Position numbers and translations under genes: made by a program. Below are positions 1 through 8,389 of a DNA stretch of 32,520 bases, piece by piece; positions within the stretch are counted from its first letter, which is position 1; each line of letters opens with the position of its first letter. A model generated the notes under the pieces. That model saw only the letters and a list, made by a program, of their open reading frames with translations. It was not told the origin of the DNA and did not search any database. The DNA is from a virus (taxonomy: Duplodnaviria > Caudoviricetes): the IMG/VR virus record IMGVR_UViG_3300036778_000217, positions 1 to 32,520 of that record; one strand, written 5' to 3'.

Positions 1-405
1 TTATGTGAAGGAAAAAGCAGGACGCCCCGGCGGAGCGCGGGTTTGCGGGTAGAGCCAGGGGAAGAAGTGCCGGAGTTGCACCACCGCACGCGCGATGCGC
101 CGGCGAGTATAACGCTGGAGCACTGACACCAGCAGCGTAAGCACCATCAGCATTCCCGGCACATGAGCCAACAGAACGCAGTAGCCGCACGCCTCAGCGT
201 GATCGACCGGCATCATCACCGGTGCACCGCTGTGGTGCTCCATCGGCATGCTCATTTCGTGATGCATACCCGGCATGGCGCTCATGGGGTCTTTTTGCAA
301 CGAGACGGAGATAAGTGGCGCAATGATAATCAGCGCAACGGCGAACAGCGCCAGCCAGGCGGCAGCGCGTTGTAAGCGTAGATGCTGAAGGGGATTGCGG
401 GTCAC
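1..405 (-). CDS. Host DUF2946-family protein (CruR/CutF-like copper-related leader protein)
   Basis: N-terminal hydrophobic segment, Met/His-rich linker, CGYC (CxxC), second hydrophobic segment and C-terminal RAPP motif; GTG start with GGAGG SD. Confidence 0.8.
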   Translation of the reverse strand: MTRNPLQHLRLQRAAAWLALFAVALIIIAPLISVSLQKDPMSAMPGMHHEMSMPMEHHSGAPVMMPVDHAEACGYCVLLAHVPGMLMVLTLLVSVLQRYTRRRIARAVVQLRHFFPWLYPQTRAPPGRPAFSFT

Positions 406-467
406 GACACCTCCGGTTGCGGAGGCCTAGTGTAAATGAATTACAGGGAAACTGTTAACGTAGAGAT

Positions 468-499
468 AAAAAAAGGGCCAGCCTTGCGGCCAGCCCTTT
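468..499 (-). terminator. Rho-independent terminator (host rplS operon terminator)
   Basis: Minus strand GGGCTGGCC-GCAA-GGCTGGCCC followed by T7, about 30 bp downstream of the rplS-like stop codon. Confidence 0.8.
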
Positions 500-526
500 C
501 TGACAGGATGTCGCCTGAGCGATATC

Positions 527-541
527 TTAGTTAAGACGCTC
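527..541 (-). other. Probable prophage att core: duplicated 3' end of rplS (L19)
   Basis: Minus strand GAG CGT CTT AAC TAA = E-R-L-N-stop, matching the enterobacterial L19 C-terminus (..KERLN*). The match stops at 541, where AT-rich phage arm sequence begins, just downstream of int. Confidence 0.7.
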
Positions 542-579
542 CTATCAACACCCCATTACAAACAACAATCCACCATATA

Positions 580-592
580 AAACAATTAGTTA
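580..592 (+). promoter_or_regulatory. IHF-like binding site in att arm
   Basis: AAACAATTAGTTA, one mismatch to WATCAANNNNTTR, between the core and the arm repeats. Confidence 0.45.
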
Positions 593-622
593 ATGTAATT
601 TTTAATGCAATGAATTGCAGTG

Positions 623-1672
623 TTACGCAACCTCTGTCGCCACATTGCCGCCAACATACAGCGATAAAGGATTGAGGGTAACGGCTTGTTCAAGATGGTC
701 AGGGGCAAAGTGTGCATATTTCATTGTTTCACGAATGTTGGCGTGCCCGAGAATTCTTTGCAGAACTAAAATATTTCCGCCGTTCATCATAAAATGCGCA
801 CCAAAGGTATGACGTAGAACGTGAGTTTTTTGCCCTTCGCTCAATTCGATATCTGTCAGGGAAAGCATCTTTTTAAACTCCTGATAGCAGGGTTTAAACA
901 ACCTACCCTGCCGCCCGGATAATTCATCATATAGCCATTTGGGTATCGGAACTGTTCGGTTCTTTTTCCCTTTCGTTTTGGTAAACGTCAGTTTGTACGG
1001 CGAGAGCTGCGGGCGCGTGAGTCTCTCCGCTTCTCCCCATCGTGCGCCGGTAGCCAGGCACACCTTAACAATCATCGTGAGATGTTCTTTACCGTATTGC
1101 TCGCATGCTCGAAACAACTCGGAGATTTGCGAAAGCGTCAGCCAGGACATTTCCTTCTCAGCTTCTTTGAACACCCGGATCCCATCTAGCGGATTAGGTA
1201 AACTCCACTCCCCTAAACGTTTTAGCTCATTAAACACCGCTTCAAGATACTGCTGCTCACGATTGACGGTTATCGGCTTAGCGACCCATTTCGCCGGGTC
1301 TTTATGGTATCCATTATCTATCTCGCCACGCAGCCGGCGGTCACGGTAATGCGCCCAGTCTTTAGCCGTAAGTCGGGATGCAATCGGGTCACCCAACCCG
1401 TTACACACGATTTGAAGTTTTGCCAGCCGTGACTTACTGGCGACTAACGCCTGCCCGTGCAAATTATGCCAAAGCTGGATAATCTCACTTAAGCGCCTGC
1501 GGTCTTCTTTCTTGCCGAGCCACGGCTTTTCATCACTTTCGTTTTTTGTAAATGACTCGAATGCCTCGGCCTCACCTTTGGTATTGAATTGCCGACGGAT
1601 ACGCCGCCCTTCTCGACCATTTGGATAGAGCTCACATAACCATTTGCCATTTTTTTGCTTACTAACTGTCAT
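623..1672 (-). CDS. int: Phage tyrosine integrase (186/HP1-like)
   Basis: TGARWGE, HVLRHTF, LGH and YAH catalytic motifs; 349 aa. Confidence 0.97.
   Translation of the reverse strand: MTVSKQKNGKWLCELYPNGREGRRIRRQFNTKGEAEAFESFTKNESDEKPWLGKKEDRRRLSEIIQLWHNLHGQALVASKSRLAKLQIVCNGLGDPIASRLTAKDWAHYRDRRLRGEIDNGYHKDPAKWVAKPITVNREQQYLEAVFNELKRLGEWSLPNPLDGIRVFKEAEKEMSWLTLSQISELFRACEQYGKEHLTMIVKVCLATGARWGEAERLTRPQLSPYKLTFTKTKGKKNRTVPIPKWLYDELSGRQGRLFKPCYQEFKKMLSLTDIELSEGQKTHVLRHTFGAHFMMNGGNILVLQRILGHANIRETMKYAHFAPDHLEQAVTLNPLSLYVGGNVATEVA
635..653 (+). repeat. Putative integrase arm-type sites (direct repeat)
   Basis: TGTCGCCA (635-642) and TGCCGCCA (646-653), 11-bp period, inside the last codons of int; resembles HP1/186-type TGGCG arm sites. 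Confidence 0.55.
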
Positions 1673-1695
1673 AGCTACACCGAGGCCGAATTTTT

Positions 1696-2034
1696 TTATT
1701 CACAAAGCGCTATGGCTTCACTGAAAACAGGACCAATATCAGCTCGCTCTAATGGATCGTTAGGGTCTTTTTTTAGCACTTCTTTTAAATCTCGCCCTTC
1801 CATTTTTCCAGACTTGACGGCGTTCTTAGCCATGCCGCTTAAGGGATAGCGTTCATCCGTATCAATGTCATAAACAAAAACGTAGTGACTATTTACACAT
1901 GATACTTTTGCATGCTCAAAGGTCAGCGGCCATTTATCACCAAAAGATTTACTATCAATCTCTTTAAACTTCTCTGCGGCTAAGGCTGATGAGGAAAGGG
2001 CGATACAGACCATCATCAATAAATACTTTTTCAT
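1696..2034 (-). CDS. Secreted YebY/DUF2511-like protein in the lysogenic operon
   Basis: Sec signal peptide (MKKYLL..SSALA), WPLT motif, YPLSG, Cys pair in the mature part; AGGAG SD; co-oriented between cI and int. Confidence 0.7.
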   Translation of the reverse strand: MKKYLLMMVCIALSSSALAAEKFKEIDSKSFGDKWPLTFEHAKVSCVNSHYVFVYDIDTDERYPLSGMAKNAVKSGKMEGRDLKEVLKKDPNDPLERADIGPVFSEAIALCE

Positions 2035-2043
2035 TACTGCTCC

Positions 2044-2904
2044 TTATACGTGTTTTTCCAATGTAAGAACTACAGACCCGGCAGGCTTGATGTCTGAAAT
2101 ATTGCATTCGAACTCAGCGGATTTATTTGATAGCCTGACTTTTCCACCCGGCAATCTGATCACATCAAAAATATCGAGAGCGCCGTCAATATCAATTAGC
2201 CAGCGACCATTGCCAATATTTGATACAGAACAATCGACAAGCCACGAGAAACCGACACCGTCAACAAAGACCAATTCACCAGAGCTTGCAGGAGTCATAG
2301 AGGGGTCTGAGAGCCAAACTCCAGTATCCTTAAGTTTGCCTGATTCAAGACGAGATTTTTTGATAGAAATACCTGATGTAGTACTAGTCTTAGTATCTCG
2401 TATTGGTCCCCTACCAGTTGCTAACCACTCAAGTGACACGTCAGTATCAAGAGCACATGTCACGACAACATCGCCGGGGAAATAATCACGTCTAACCCAG
2501 GTACTGATCGTGCCGGAGGAAATACCAAGCAGGTCGCCCAACTCCTTTTGCATAGTAAAACCATACGCATCAAGAATCCGACGCAAAACGGTTTTCCCTC
2601 CATTCGTCATAATCTCGTCATAGAGTTCCTTGCCTTTCAACCTGCAACCAGCTCGCTCAAAATTCGAATTTGCAAGTTCTCCATTTACAAGCCAATTGAT
2701 ATCAGCCCCCGTATCAAGACAACATCTCACTATGATATTGCCCGGTATAGCATCGCGCTGAACCCAGCCACTAACGCTGTGTTTAGCGATACCTAACAAG
2801 TCTGCCAAATCTTTTTGCATCTTGACGCCATACGCTGACATCAAGCGCTCCAGTACCCCATTAGCAGCACTAATACGCAACTGAACATCAAGCTCAGAAC
2901 TCAT
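2044..2904 (-). CDS. cI: 186-type CI immunity repressor with duplicated N-terminal HTH domain
   Basis: Two similar segments (..AYG..MQK.L.DLLGI....S.WV.RD..PG...V.C.LDT....WL..G) plus a 186-like C-terminal domain (G.WLIDIDG). Confidence 0.9.
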   Translation of the reverse strand: MSSELDVQLRISAANGVLERLMSAYGVKMQKDLADLLGIAKHSVSGWVQRDAIPGNIIVRCCLDTGADINWLVNGELANSNFERAGCRLKGKELYDEIMTNGGKTVLRRILDAYGFTMQKELGDLLGISSGTISTWVRRDYFPGDVVVTCALDTDVSLEWLATGRGPIRDTKTSTTSGISIKKSRLESGKLKDTGVWLSDPSMTPASSGELVFVDGVGFSWLVDCSVSNIGNGRWLIDIDGALDIFDVIRLPGGKVRLSNKSAEFECNISDIKPAGSVVLTLEKHV

Positions 2905-2933
2905 AAAAACCCCTATAGATAATTTTATGGGTG

Positions 2934-2962
2934 TTTACAGAAAACTTTTTACGATCTATAGT
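2934..2962 (+). promoter_or_regulatory. Early lytic promoter pR (sigma70)
   Basis: TTTACA-17 bp-TATAGT upstream of apl; the inverted repeat CTATAGAT (2913-2920) / ATCTATAG (2954-2961) overlaps the -10. Confidence 0.7.
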
Positions 2963-3025
2963 GGCATTCATCGACCAAGATGCACACCACTGCACCACAT
3001 TTCAAACAACAGGAGATAATGCGTT

Positions 3026-3397
3026 ATGTCAGATGCAAAATCAATCTCGACGCACGACTCGCAAAACTCACAAAATCAAACTGTGCTGTTAGACCCGGCT
3101 CAGTTTGATGCCATCGTTACGGCTATGCTGCCAGCTCTGCAGACAATGATCCGCTCCGCTATGTCAGACACAATGACAGTGAAAGACTTTGCCGCCACTC
3201 GCGGTGTAAGCGAGCGTCTGGTCTGGCAATGGCTTGATGAGGGCATCCTCCTCAAAGCTCCAACTAAAGACTTTTCCAACAAGGAAGATGCTGGAAAACG
3301 ATGCCGCACACTCGTAAACGTCAAAGCATGGCGCGACAAACTAACTCAACAAGCAATTGATTGTCGCTACATCGACAGCCACCCCGCGCTCAACTGA
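3026..3397 (+). CDS. Apl/Cox-like excisionase-repressor (wHTH)
   Basis: First gene of the early operon, divergent from cI; MTVKDFAATRGVSERLVWQWLDEG HTH-like segment; AGGAG SD. Confidence 0.75.
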   Translation: MSDAKSISTHDSQNSQNQTVLLDPAQFDAIVTAMLPALQTMIRSAMSDTMTVKDFAATRGVSERLVWQWLDEGILLKAPTKDFSNKEDAGKRCRTLVNVKAWRDKLTQQAIDCRYIDSHPALN

Positions 3398-3402
3398 ACT
3401 TG

Positions 3403-3456
3403 ATTATGCAAGTTAGAGGGAATTTAACCATGTTTGATTTTCAGGTTTCCAAACAT
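3403..3456 (-). promoter_or_regulatory. CII-activated establishment promoter pE with CII binding inverted repeat
   Basis: Perfect ATGTTTG-N13-CAAACAT at 3430-3456, as in 186 pE; leftward -10-like CATAAT at 3408-3403. Confidence 0.75.
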
Positions 3457-3939
3457 CCCCACTATGACGAAGCATGCCGAGCTTTCGCGCAGCGTCACAA
3501 CATGGCGAAGCTGGCAGAGCGCGCGGGTATGAATGTTCAAACGTTACGTAACAAGCTCAACCCGGAACAGCCTCACCAGTTTACGCCGCCTGAGCTATGG
3601 CTGCTGACTGACCTGACAGAAGACTCAACCCTCGTTGATGGTTTTCTAGCGCAGATTCATTGTCTGCCATGCGTGCCAGTCAATGAATTGGCTAAAGACA
3701 AATTGCAGTCTTATGTCATGCGCGCCATGAGTGAGCTCGGGGAGCTGGCAAGCGGTGCGGCATCTGATGAACGTCTGACTTCTGTCCGTAAGAGCAACAT
3801 GATTGATAGTGTCAATTCTGGTATTCGCATGTTGTCACTCTCAGCGCTGGCGTTACAGGCACGCCTACAGGCTAATCCGGCAATGTCGAGCGTCGTCGAT
3901 ACAATGACCGGCATCGGCGCAACGTTCGGTTTGGTGTGA
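3430..3939 (+). CDS. cII: 186-type CII transcriptional activator
   Basis: MFDFQVSKHPHYDEACRAFA.. LRNKLNPEQPHQ is characteristic of 186 CII; start taken at ATG 3430 with GAGGG SD. Confidence 0.92.
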   Translation: MFDFQVSKHPHYDEACRAFAQRHNMAKLAERAGMNVQTLRNKLNPEQPHQFTPPELWLLTDLTEDSTLVDGFLAQIHCLPCVPVNELAKDKLQSYVMRAMSELGELASGAASDERLTSVRKSNMIDSVNSGIRMLSLSALALQARLQANPAMSSVVDTMTGIGATFGLV

Positions 3940-3946
3940 GGTGGTT

Positions 3947-4147
3947 ATGCTGACTAACGAACCGTCATTCGCGTCTCTTCTCCGCAAAGAAAGCCCCGCC
4001 ATGCACTATGGCCACGGCTGGATCGCAGGTAAGGACGGCAAGCGCTGGCACCCGAGCCGCTCACAGGCTGATTTACTGGCTGGCCTCTCTACCAAAAAGC
4101 AGGGGGAATCATGGCTATCGAAGCTGTTTCCGCGACTATTCCGCTAA
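3947..4147 (+). CDS. fil: Fil-like (DUF2724) cell-division inhibitor
   Basis: EPSFASLL..SPAMHYGHGWI.GKDGKRWHP; position after cII. Confidence 0.8.
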   Translation: MLTNEPSFASLLRKESPAMHYGHGWIAGKDGKRWHPSRSQADLLAGLSTKKQGESWLSKLFPRLFR

Positions 4148-4449
4148 AAGCGGGTGAACGTCTGGCCGGTCTCAATCATGTGGCTGAATTGCGCGCGAGA
4201 TATTGGGGCGATAGCTGGAAAGAAGTTGAGCGTTTTGTCGATGATATGCGTGATAAACGCGATCCACTACGCGAAGAAAATAACCGCGCACTGGCCGCAA
4301 TTTTCTTTCTGGCAAAAATACCGGCCACTCGTCATGAATGCGAATTAAGTGAGCTGACTACTGACGAGAAAAAGGCGCTTATTACAGCAATGAATCATTT
4401 TCGCGCAGTAGTGAGCTTATTTCCCAAACGGCTAACCATGCCGAATTAA
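4111..4449 (+). CDS. Dhr-like (DUF5347) early protein
   Basis: GLNHVAELR..NNRALAAIFFLAKIP..LTTDEKKALI.AMNHFRAVVSLFP; position after fil. Confidence 0.75.
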   Translation: MAIEAVSATIPLKAGERLAGLNHVAELRARYWGDSWKEVERFVDDMRDKRDPLREENNRALAAIFFLAKIPATRHECELSELTTDEKKALITAMNHFRAVVSLFPKRLTMPN

Positions 4450-4513
4450 CCAACAACAGAAATTAATGGCGTAAACCCGCCGGGCATTCTTTTGCCAAAA
4501 CTCAGGAGGATTT

Positions 4514-4732
4514 ATGAGTCGAGTTATTTATTTTTCAACACCGAGAAGTGCAGGAAAAAACACACTGGACGAATTGTTTAAAGAAGCCAAGAAAGAAGAG
4601 CGTAAAGACCGCGCTTTAGCCGTGTCTATCCGTCTCGAGGCTCTGGCAGTTCACATTACTAATGCGGATATGACCGGTAAAGAAGCGGCTGAACTTCTGC
4701 GCCGCGAAGCCACTCGCTACGAAAACGAATAA
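4514..4732 (+). CDS. DUF2732-family early protein, possibly truncated by 5 aa
   Basis: EAKKEERKDRA..RLEALAVHI..EAAELLR; AGGAGG SD; the frame continues QELH* after the TAA. Confidence 0.75.
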   Translation: MSRVIYFSTPRSAGKNTLDELFKEAKKEERKDRALAVSIRLEALAVHITNADMTGKEAAELLRREATRYENE

Positions 4733-4746
4733 CAGGAGTTGCACTA

Positions 4747-4968
4747 ATGGCCGACGCAATGGATTTAGCACAACAGCGCGAACAGGAAGACCGCGAGCGC
4801 CATATCAGAAACGCGCGCAGCCGTATCGCTGCGCCCTCTCGTTTCCTCTGCGAAGAATGTGACGCACCAATCCCGGAAGCTCGCCGTGTTGCGATTCCGG
4901 GAGTGGCCTTTTGTGTGACCTGCCAGCAAGTCGCCGAGCTCAAATCAAAACACTACAGGGGCGTATAA
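4747..4968 (+). CDS. TraR/DksA C4 zinc-finger protein (P2 Orf82-like)
   Basis: MADAMDLAQQRE; CEEC..IPEARR..CVTC. Confidence 0.9.
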   Translation: MADAMDLAQQREQEDRERHIRNARSRIAAPSRFLCEECDAPIPEARRVAIPGVAFCVTCQQVAELKSKHYRGV

Positions 4969-5250
4969 ATGGGCATCAGAATAGAAATTGGTGATAAATG
5001 GATTATTACCAGCGACCAGTATCAATTCATTCTGAATGAAAAGAAGGTTGTTAAATCGGGTAAAAAAGCTGGCGAGGAATGGCTCGACACTGTCGGCTAC
5101 TACCCGAAGATTAACCAGCTTATTTCCGGGCTTATCCATCACCATATCCATAATTCTGCGATCACCTCGATTGAGACTATGGCCGCTGAAATTGAGCGTA
5201 TAGGGCTGCTTTGTAGTAACGCGCTCATTGAGGCTGATGTTGATGCCTAG
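4969..5250 (+). CDS. DUF5405-like phage protein
   Basis: [24 protein letters not shown]; position immediately before A. Confidence 0.65.
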   Translation: MGIRIEIGDKWIITSDQYQFILNEKKVVKSGKKAGEEWLDTVGYYPKINQLISGLIHHHIHNSAITSIETMAAEIERIGLLCSNALIEADVDA

Positions 5251-7609
5251 CTCTGCGGACGATAAGGTTTATCCGTGGAATACTGCTAAAAAAGCGGTTA
5301 ACCCGTACCTGAACCCGGCGGAAATTGCGCCGGTTTCTGCGCTTTCAAACCTGATCACTCTTTACTCTGCGGATAGCGAGCAGGAACAACTGCGCCGCGA
5401 GGCGCTGAGTAATGAGGTCTGGGAACGCTATTTCTTCAATGAGTCCCGTGATCCTGTCCAGCGCGAAATGGAGCAGGAACGGCTGATAAGCCATGCCAAA
5501 ATAGCCCGCGAGCAGCAGCATTTTAATCCTGATCTGGTCATCCTTGCTGATGTTAGCGCCATGCCGTCCCATATCAGCAAGCCTTTGCTGGAGCGGATTG
5601 AATATTTTCATAATCTGGGCAGAGCTAAAGCCTATTCCCGCTATCTACGTGAAACTATCAGACCGTGCCTTGAGCGGCTGGAGCGCGTGCGCGACAGTCA
5701 GGTGTCTGCCTCTTTCCGGTTTATGGCGAGCCATGACGGACTGGAGGGGCTGCTGGTTCTTCCTGAAATGAATCAGGATCAGGTCAAGCGCCTGTCCACG
5801 CTGGTTGCAGCACATATGAGCATGTGTCTTGAGACGGCCTGCGGCGATCTGTTGACCAGCGACGATGTTAAACCAGAAGAAATCCGCCAGGCATGGGAAA
5901 AAGTTGCTGCAGAGACCCTGCGCCTTGAAGTCATTCCACCTGCCTTTGAGCAGTTGCGCCGTAAGAAACACCGCCGCAAGCCTGTGCCCTACGAGCTAAT
6001 CCCTCCATCGCTGGCGCGTATGCTGTGCGCAGACTGGTGGTATCGCAAGCTGTGGCAGGTGCGCTGCGAGAGACGAGAGGAACAACTGCGTGCCGTCTGT
6101 CTGGTCAACAAAAAAGCATCCCCGTATGTCAGCTATGAAGCCGTGATCCACAAACGCGAGCAGCGCCGCAAATCGCTGGAGTTCTTCCGCTCGCATGAGC
6201 TGGTCAACGAAGACGGCGACACGCTGGACATGGAAGACGTGGTGAACGCCAGCAACAGCAACCCGGCACACCGCCGCAATGAAATGATGGCCTGTGTGAA
6301 AGGGCTGGAACTAATCGCGGAAATGCGCGGAGACTGTGCCGTGTTCTATACCATCACCTGCCCGTCACGCTTCCACGCAACGCTCAACAACGGCAGGCCA
6401 AATCCGAAGTGGACCAGCGCCACTGTCCGACAGAGCAGTGATTATCTGGTTGATACCTTCGCCGCTTTCCGCAAGGCAATGCACAAGGCCGGGCTGCGCT
6501 GGTATGGCGTCCGCGTGGCAGAGCCGCACCATGACGGCACCGTGCACTGGCATCTGTTGTGCTTCATGAGAAAAAAAGACCGCCGATCCATCACCGCGCT
6601 GCTGCGTAAATTTGCCATCCGTGAAGACCGCGAGGAGCTGGGTAACAAGACGGAACCTCGTTTCAAACCCGAGCTTATCAACCCGCACAAGGGTACGCCG
6701 ACCAGCTATATCGCCAAATACATCAGCAAGAACATCGACGGGCGCGGGCTGGCTAAAGAAATCAGCAAAGAAACCGGCAGATCTCTGCGCGACAGTGCCG
6801 AGCACGTCAGCGCCTGGGCGTCACTGCACCGTGTCCAGCAGTTCCGTTTCTTTGGTATTCCGGGGCGTCAGGCATACCGAGAGCTGCGCTTGCTGGCTGG
6901 TCAGGCCGCGAGAACGCAGGGAGAGCGCAAAGCCGGAGCGCCGGTACTGGATAACTTGCGCCTGGATGCAGTATTGGCTGCAGCTGATGCAGGCTGCTTT
7001 GCCACCTACATCATGAAACAGGGCGGTGTGCTGGTTCCACGTAAGCATCACCTTGTCAGAACTGCCTACGAACTTAACGACGAGCCTAGCGCCTACGGCG
7101 ATCACGGTATCCGTATCTATGGCATCTGGTCCCCGATTGCAGAAGGCAAGATTTGCACGCACGCGGTGAAGTGGAAAAAGGTTCGTAAGGCCGTTGACCT
7201 TCAGGAGGCGACAGCCGACCAGGGCGCTAGCGCCCCTTGGACTCGTGGCAATAACTGTCCCCCTGTTGAAAATTTGAACCAATCAGGGGGAGATGTACCC
7301 GATATTAAAACTATGAATGAGGAGGAACTGCAGGATTATCTTCACAACATGAGCCAGAAGGAACGGCAAGAACTTACCGCCAGATTGAGGCTGGTTAAAC
7401 CGAAGCGGAAAAAAGCATACAAACAGAATATTTCGGATCAGCAGCACCTGCAGCTTGAGGCAGAGCTGAGTTCCAGAGGGTTCGATGGCAGTGAGTCAGA
7501 GATTGATCTGCTTCTGCGGGGAGGCAGCATTCCGTCAGGTGGAGGGCTACGCGTTTTTTACCGCAACCATCGACTGCAGGAAGATGATAAATGGCGTCAG
7601 TTCTACTAA
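5243..7609 (+). CDS. A: Rolling-circle replication initiator gpA (HUH endonuclease)
   Basis: [22 protein letters not shown] (HUH) and YIAKYISKN (two Tyr); start uncertain (5237 or 5243). Confidence 0.95.
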   Translation: MPSSADDKVYPWNTAKKAVNPYLNPAEIAPVSALSNLITLYSADSEQEQLRREALSNEVWERYFFNESRDPVQREMEQERLISHAKIAREQQHFNPDLVILADVSAMPSHISKPLLERIEYFHNLGRAKAYSRYLRETIRPCLERLERVRDSQVSASFRFMASHDGLEGLLVLPEMNQDQVKRLSTLVAAHMSMCLETACGDLLTSDDVKPEEIRQAWEKVAAETLRLEVIPPAFEQLRRKKHRRKPVPYELIPPSLARMLCADWWYRKLWQVRCERREEQLRAVCLVNKKASPYVSYEAVIHKREQRRKSLEFFRSHELVNEDGDTLDMEDVVNASNSNPAHRRNEMMACVKGLELIAEMRGDCAVFYTITCPSRFHATLNNGRPNPKWTSATVRQSSDYLVDTFAAFRKAMHKAGLRWYGVRVAEPHHDGTVHWHLLCFMRKKDRRSITALLRKFAIREDREELGNKTEPRFKPELINPHKGTPTSYIAKYISKNIDGRGLAKEISKETGRSLRDSAEHVSAWASLHRVQQFRFFGIPGRQAYRELRLLAGQAARTQGERKAGAPVLDNLRLDAVLAAADAGCFATYIMKQGGVLVPRKHHLVRTAYELNDEPSAYGDHGIRIYGIWSPIAEGKICTHAVKWKKVRKAVDLQEATADQGASAPWTRGNNCPPVENLNQSGGDVPDIKTMNEEELQDYLHNMSQKERQELTARLRLVKPKRKKAYKQNISDQQHLQLEAELSSRGFDGSESEIDLLLRGGSIPSGGGLRVFYRNHRLQEDDKWRQFY
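7230..7258 (+). other. Putative rolling-circle origin (nick site region) inside A
   Basis: GCGCCCCTTGGACTCGTGGCAATAACTGT resembles P2 ori (GCGCCTCGGAGTCCTGTCAATAACTGT) at the equivalent location. Confidence 0.65.
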
Positions 7610-7627
7610 CGCGAGCTTTCTATAGAA

Positions 7628-7855
7628 CTATAAGCCTGCCATTTTCCCACCGAGAATTCTCACGACTTCATAGCGCAGTTCAATAGCCTTTTTTTGACAT
7701 AGTTCAACGCCTTTTAACCACTGTTCCTGTGTCGGTTGAGTAGACATATCCTGCGATATAACCACGATATGCAAGCAGCGACCTGTTCCAAGCGCTCCCG
7801 CAACTAGGCACACTATTTTCGTCGTTCCTATCAACTCAATTGATGCTTTGCGCAT
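7628..7855 (-). CDS. Hypothetical 75-aa protein (hotspot cargo)
   Basis: ATG at 7855 with GAGGG SD; convergent with A; no recognised family. Confidence 0.55.
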   Translation of the reverse strand: MRKASIELIGTTKIVCLVAGALGTGRCLHIVVISQDMSTQPTQEQWLKGVELCQKKAIELRYEVVRILGGKMAGL

Positions 7856-8151
7856 ATTGCTGCCCTCGCTGTTATGGAGAAGCAGAGTGTTGCATAACGG
7901 GCTGGTCGTCTTCAAATTTGGGTGACGGGCGGTAAAAGCCGCTTTAGTGGTAAATGACTGCGCGGAACGTCCAAAGGTAAAATTTTTTCTGCACCGCCGT
8001 CACAGCAGCGAAAGCCAGGAACATCCTTAAGCGCATAGTAGTCTTGTCAGTTGCTGCAAAGCTAACCAACAACTAATTTTCATCTATATCATGAACATAG
8101 ACTGTTCACTTGATTGACAATTTGTGCTTCCAATCATTCACCATTCCGTTA

Positions 8152-8171
8152 TACTGGATAAATATACAGTA
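8152..8171. promoter_or_regulatory. LexA (SOS) box overlapping a TATACT -10
   Basis: TACTGGATAAATATACAGTA = CTG-N10-CAG with near-consensus flanks; TATACT at 8150-8155. Confidence 0.9.
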
Positions 8172-8192
8172 ATTCATATTGGGAGGGATTTC

Positions 8193-8378
8193 ATGGTTGG
8201 GGAAGATTTCAGTCGAGCACAACAAAAATGGGCTTGTGTGCAATTCATCGCAGAGGTGTCTCTGATTGCAAACTGCAAACCGTCAGACCTTCAGCTCGCA
8301 CTAACTCTCATTGCTGATCTTGCGCATAGTGAAAAAAAAAATTATGCAGACGAAGATTTATTCCATTGTGTAGAATAG
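8193..8378 (+). CDS. tum: Tum/TumA-like SOS-inducible antirepressor
   Basis: GGAGG SD, LexA box upstream; VQFIAEVSLIANCKPSDLQLALTLIADLA resembles the N-terminal domain of 186 Tum. Confidence 0.75.
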   Translation: MVGEDFSRAQQKWACVQFIAEVSLIANCKPSDLQLALTLIADLAHSEKKNYADEDLFHCVE

Positions 8379-8389
8379 TTATTTAAAAT

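Noticed and set aside
430-620. tRNA, tmRNA or sRNA as the integration target
   Set aside because: No cloverleaf or TTCGA motif is visible; the segment is better explained as the rplS 3' end plus terminator.
8124-8192. Upstream extension of the tum ORF
   Set aside because: It runs through the promoter and LexA box; the SD supports ATG 8193.
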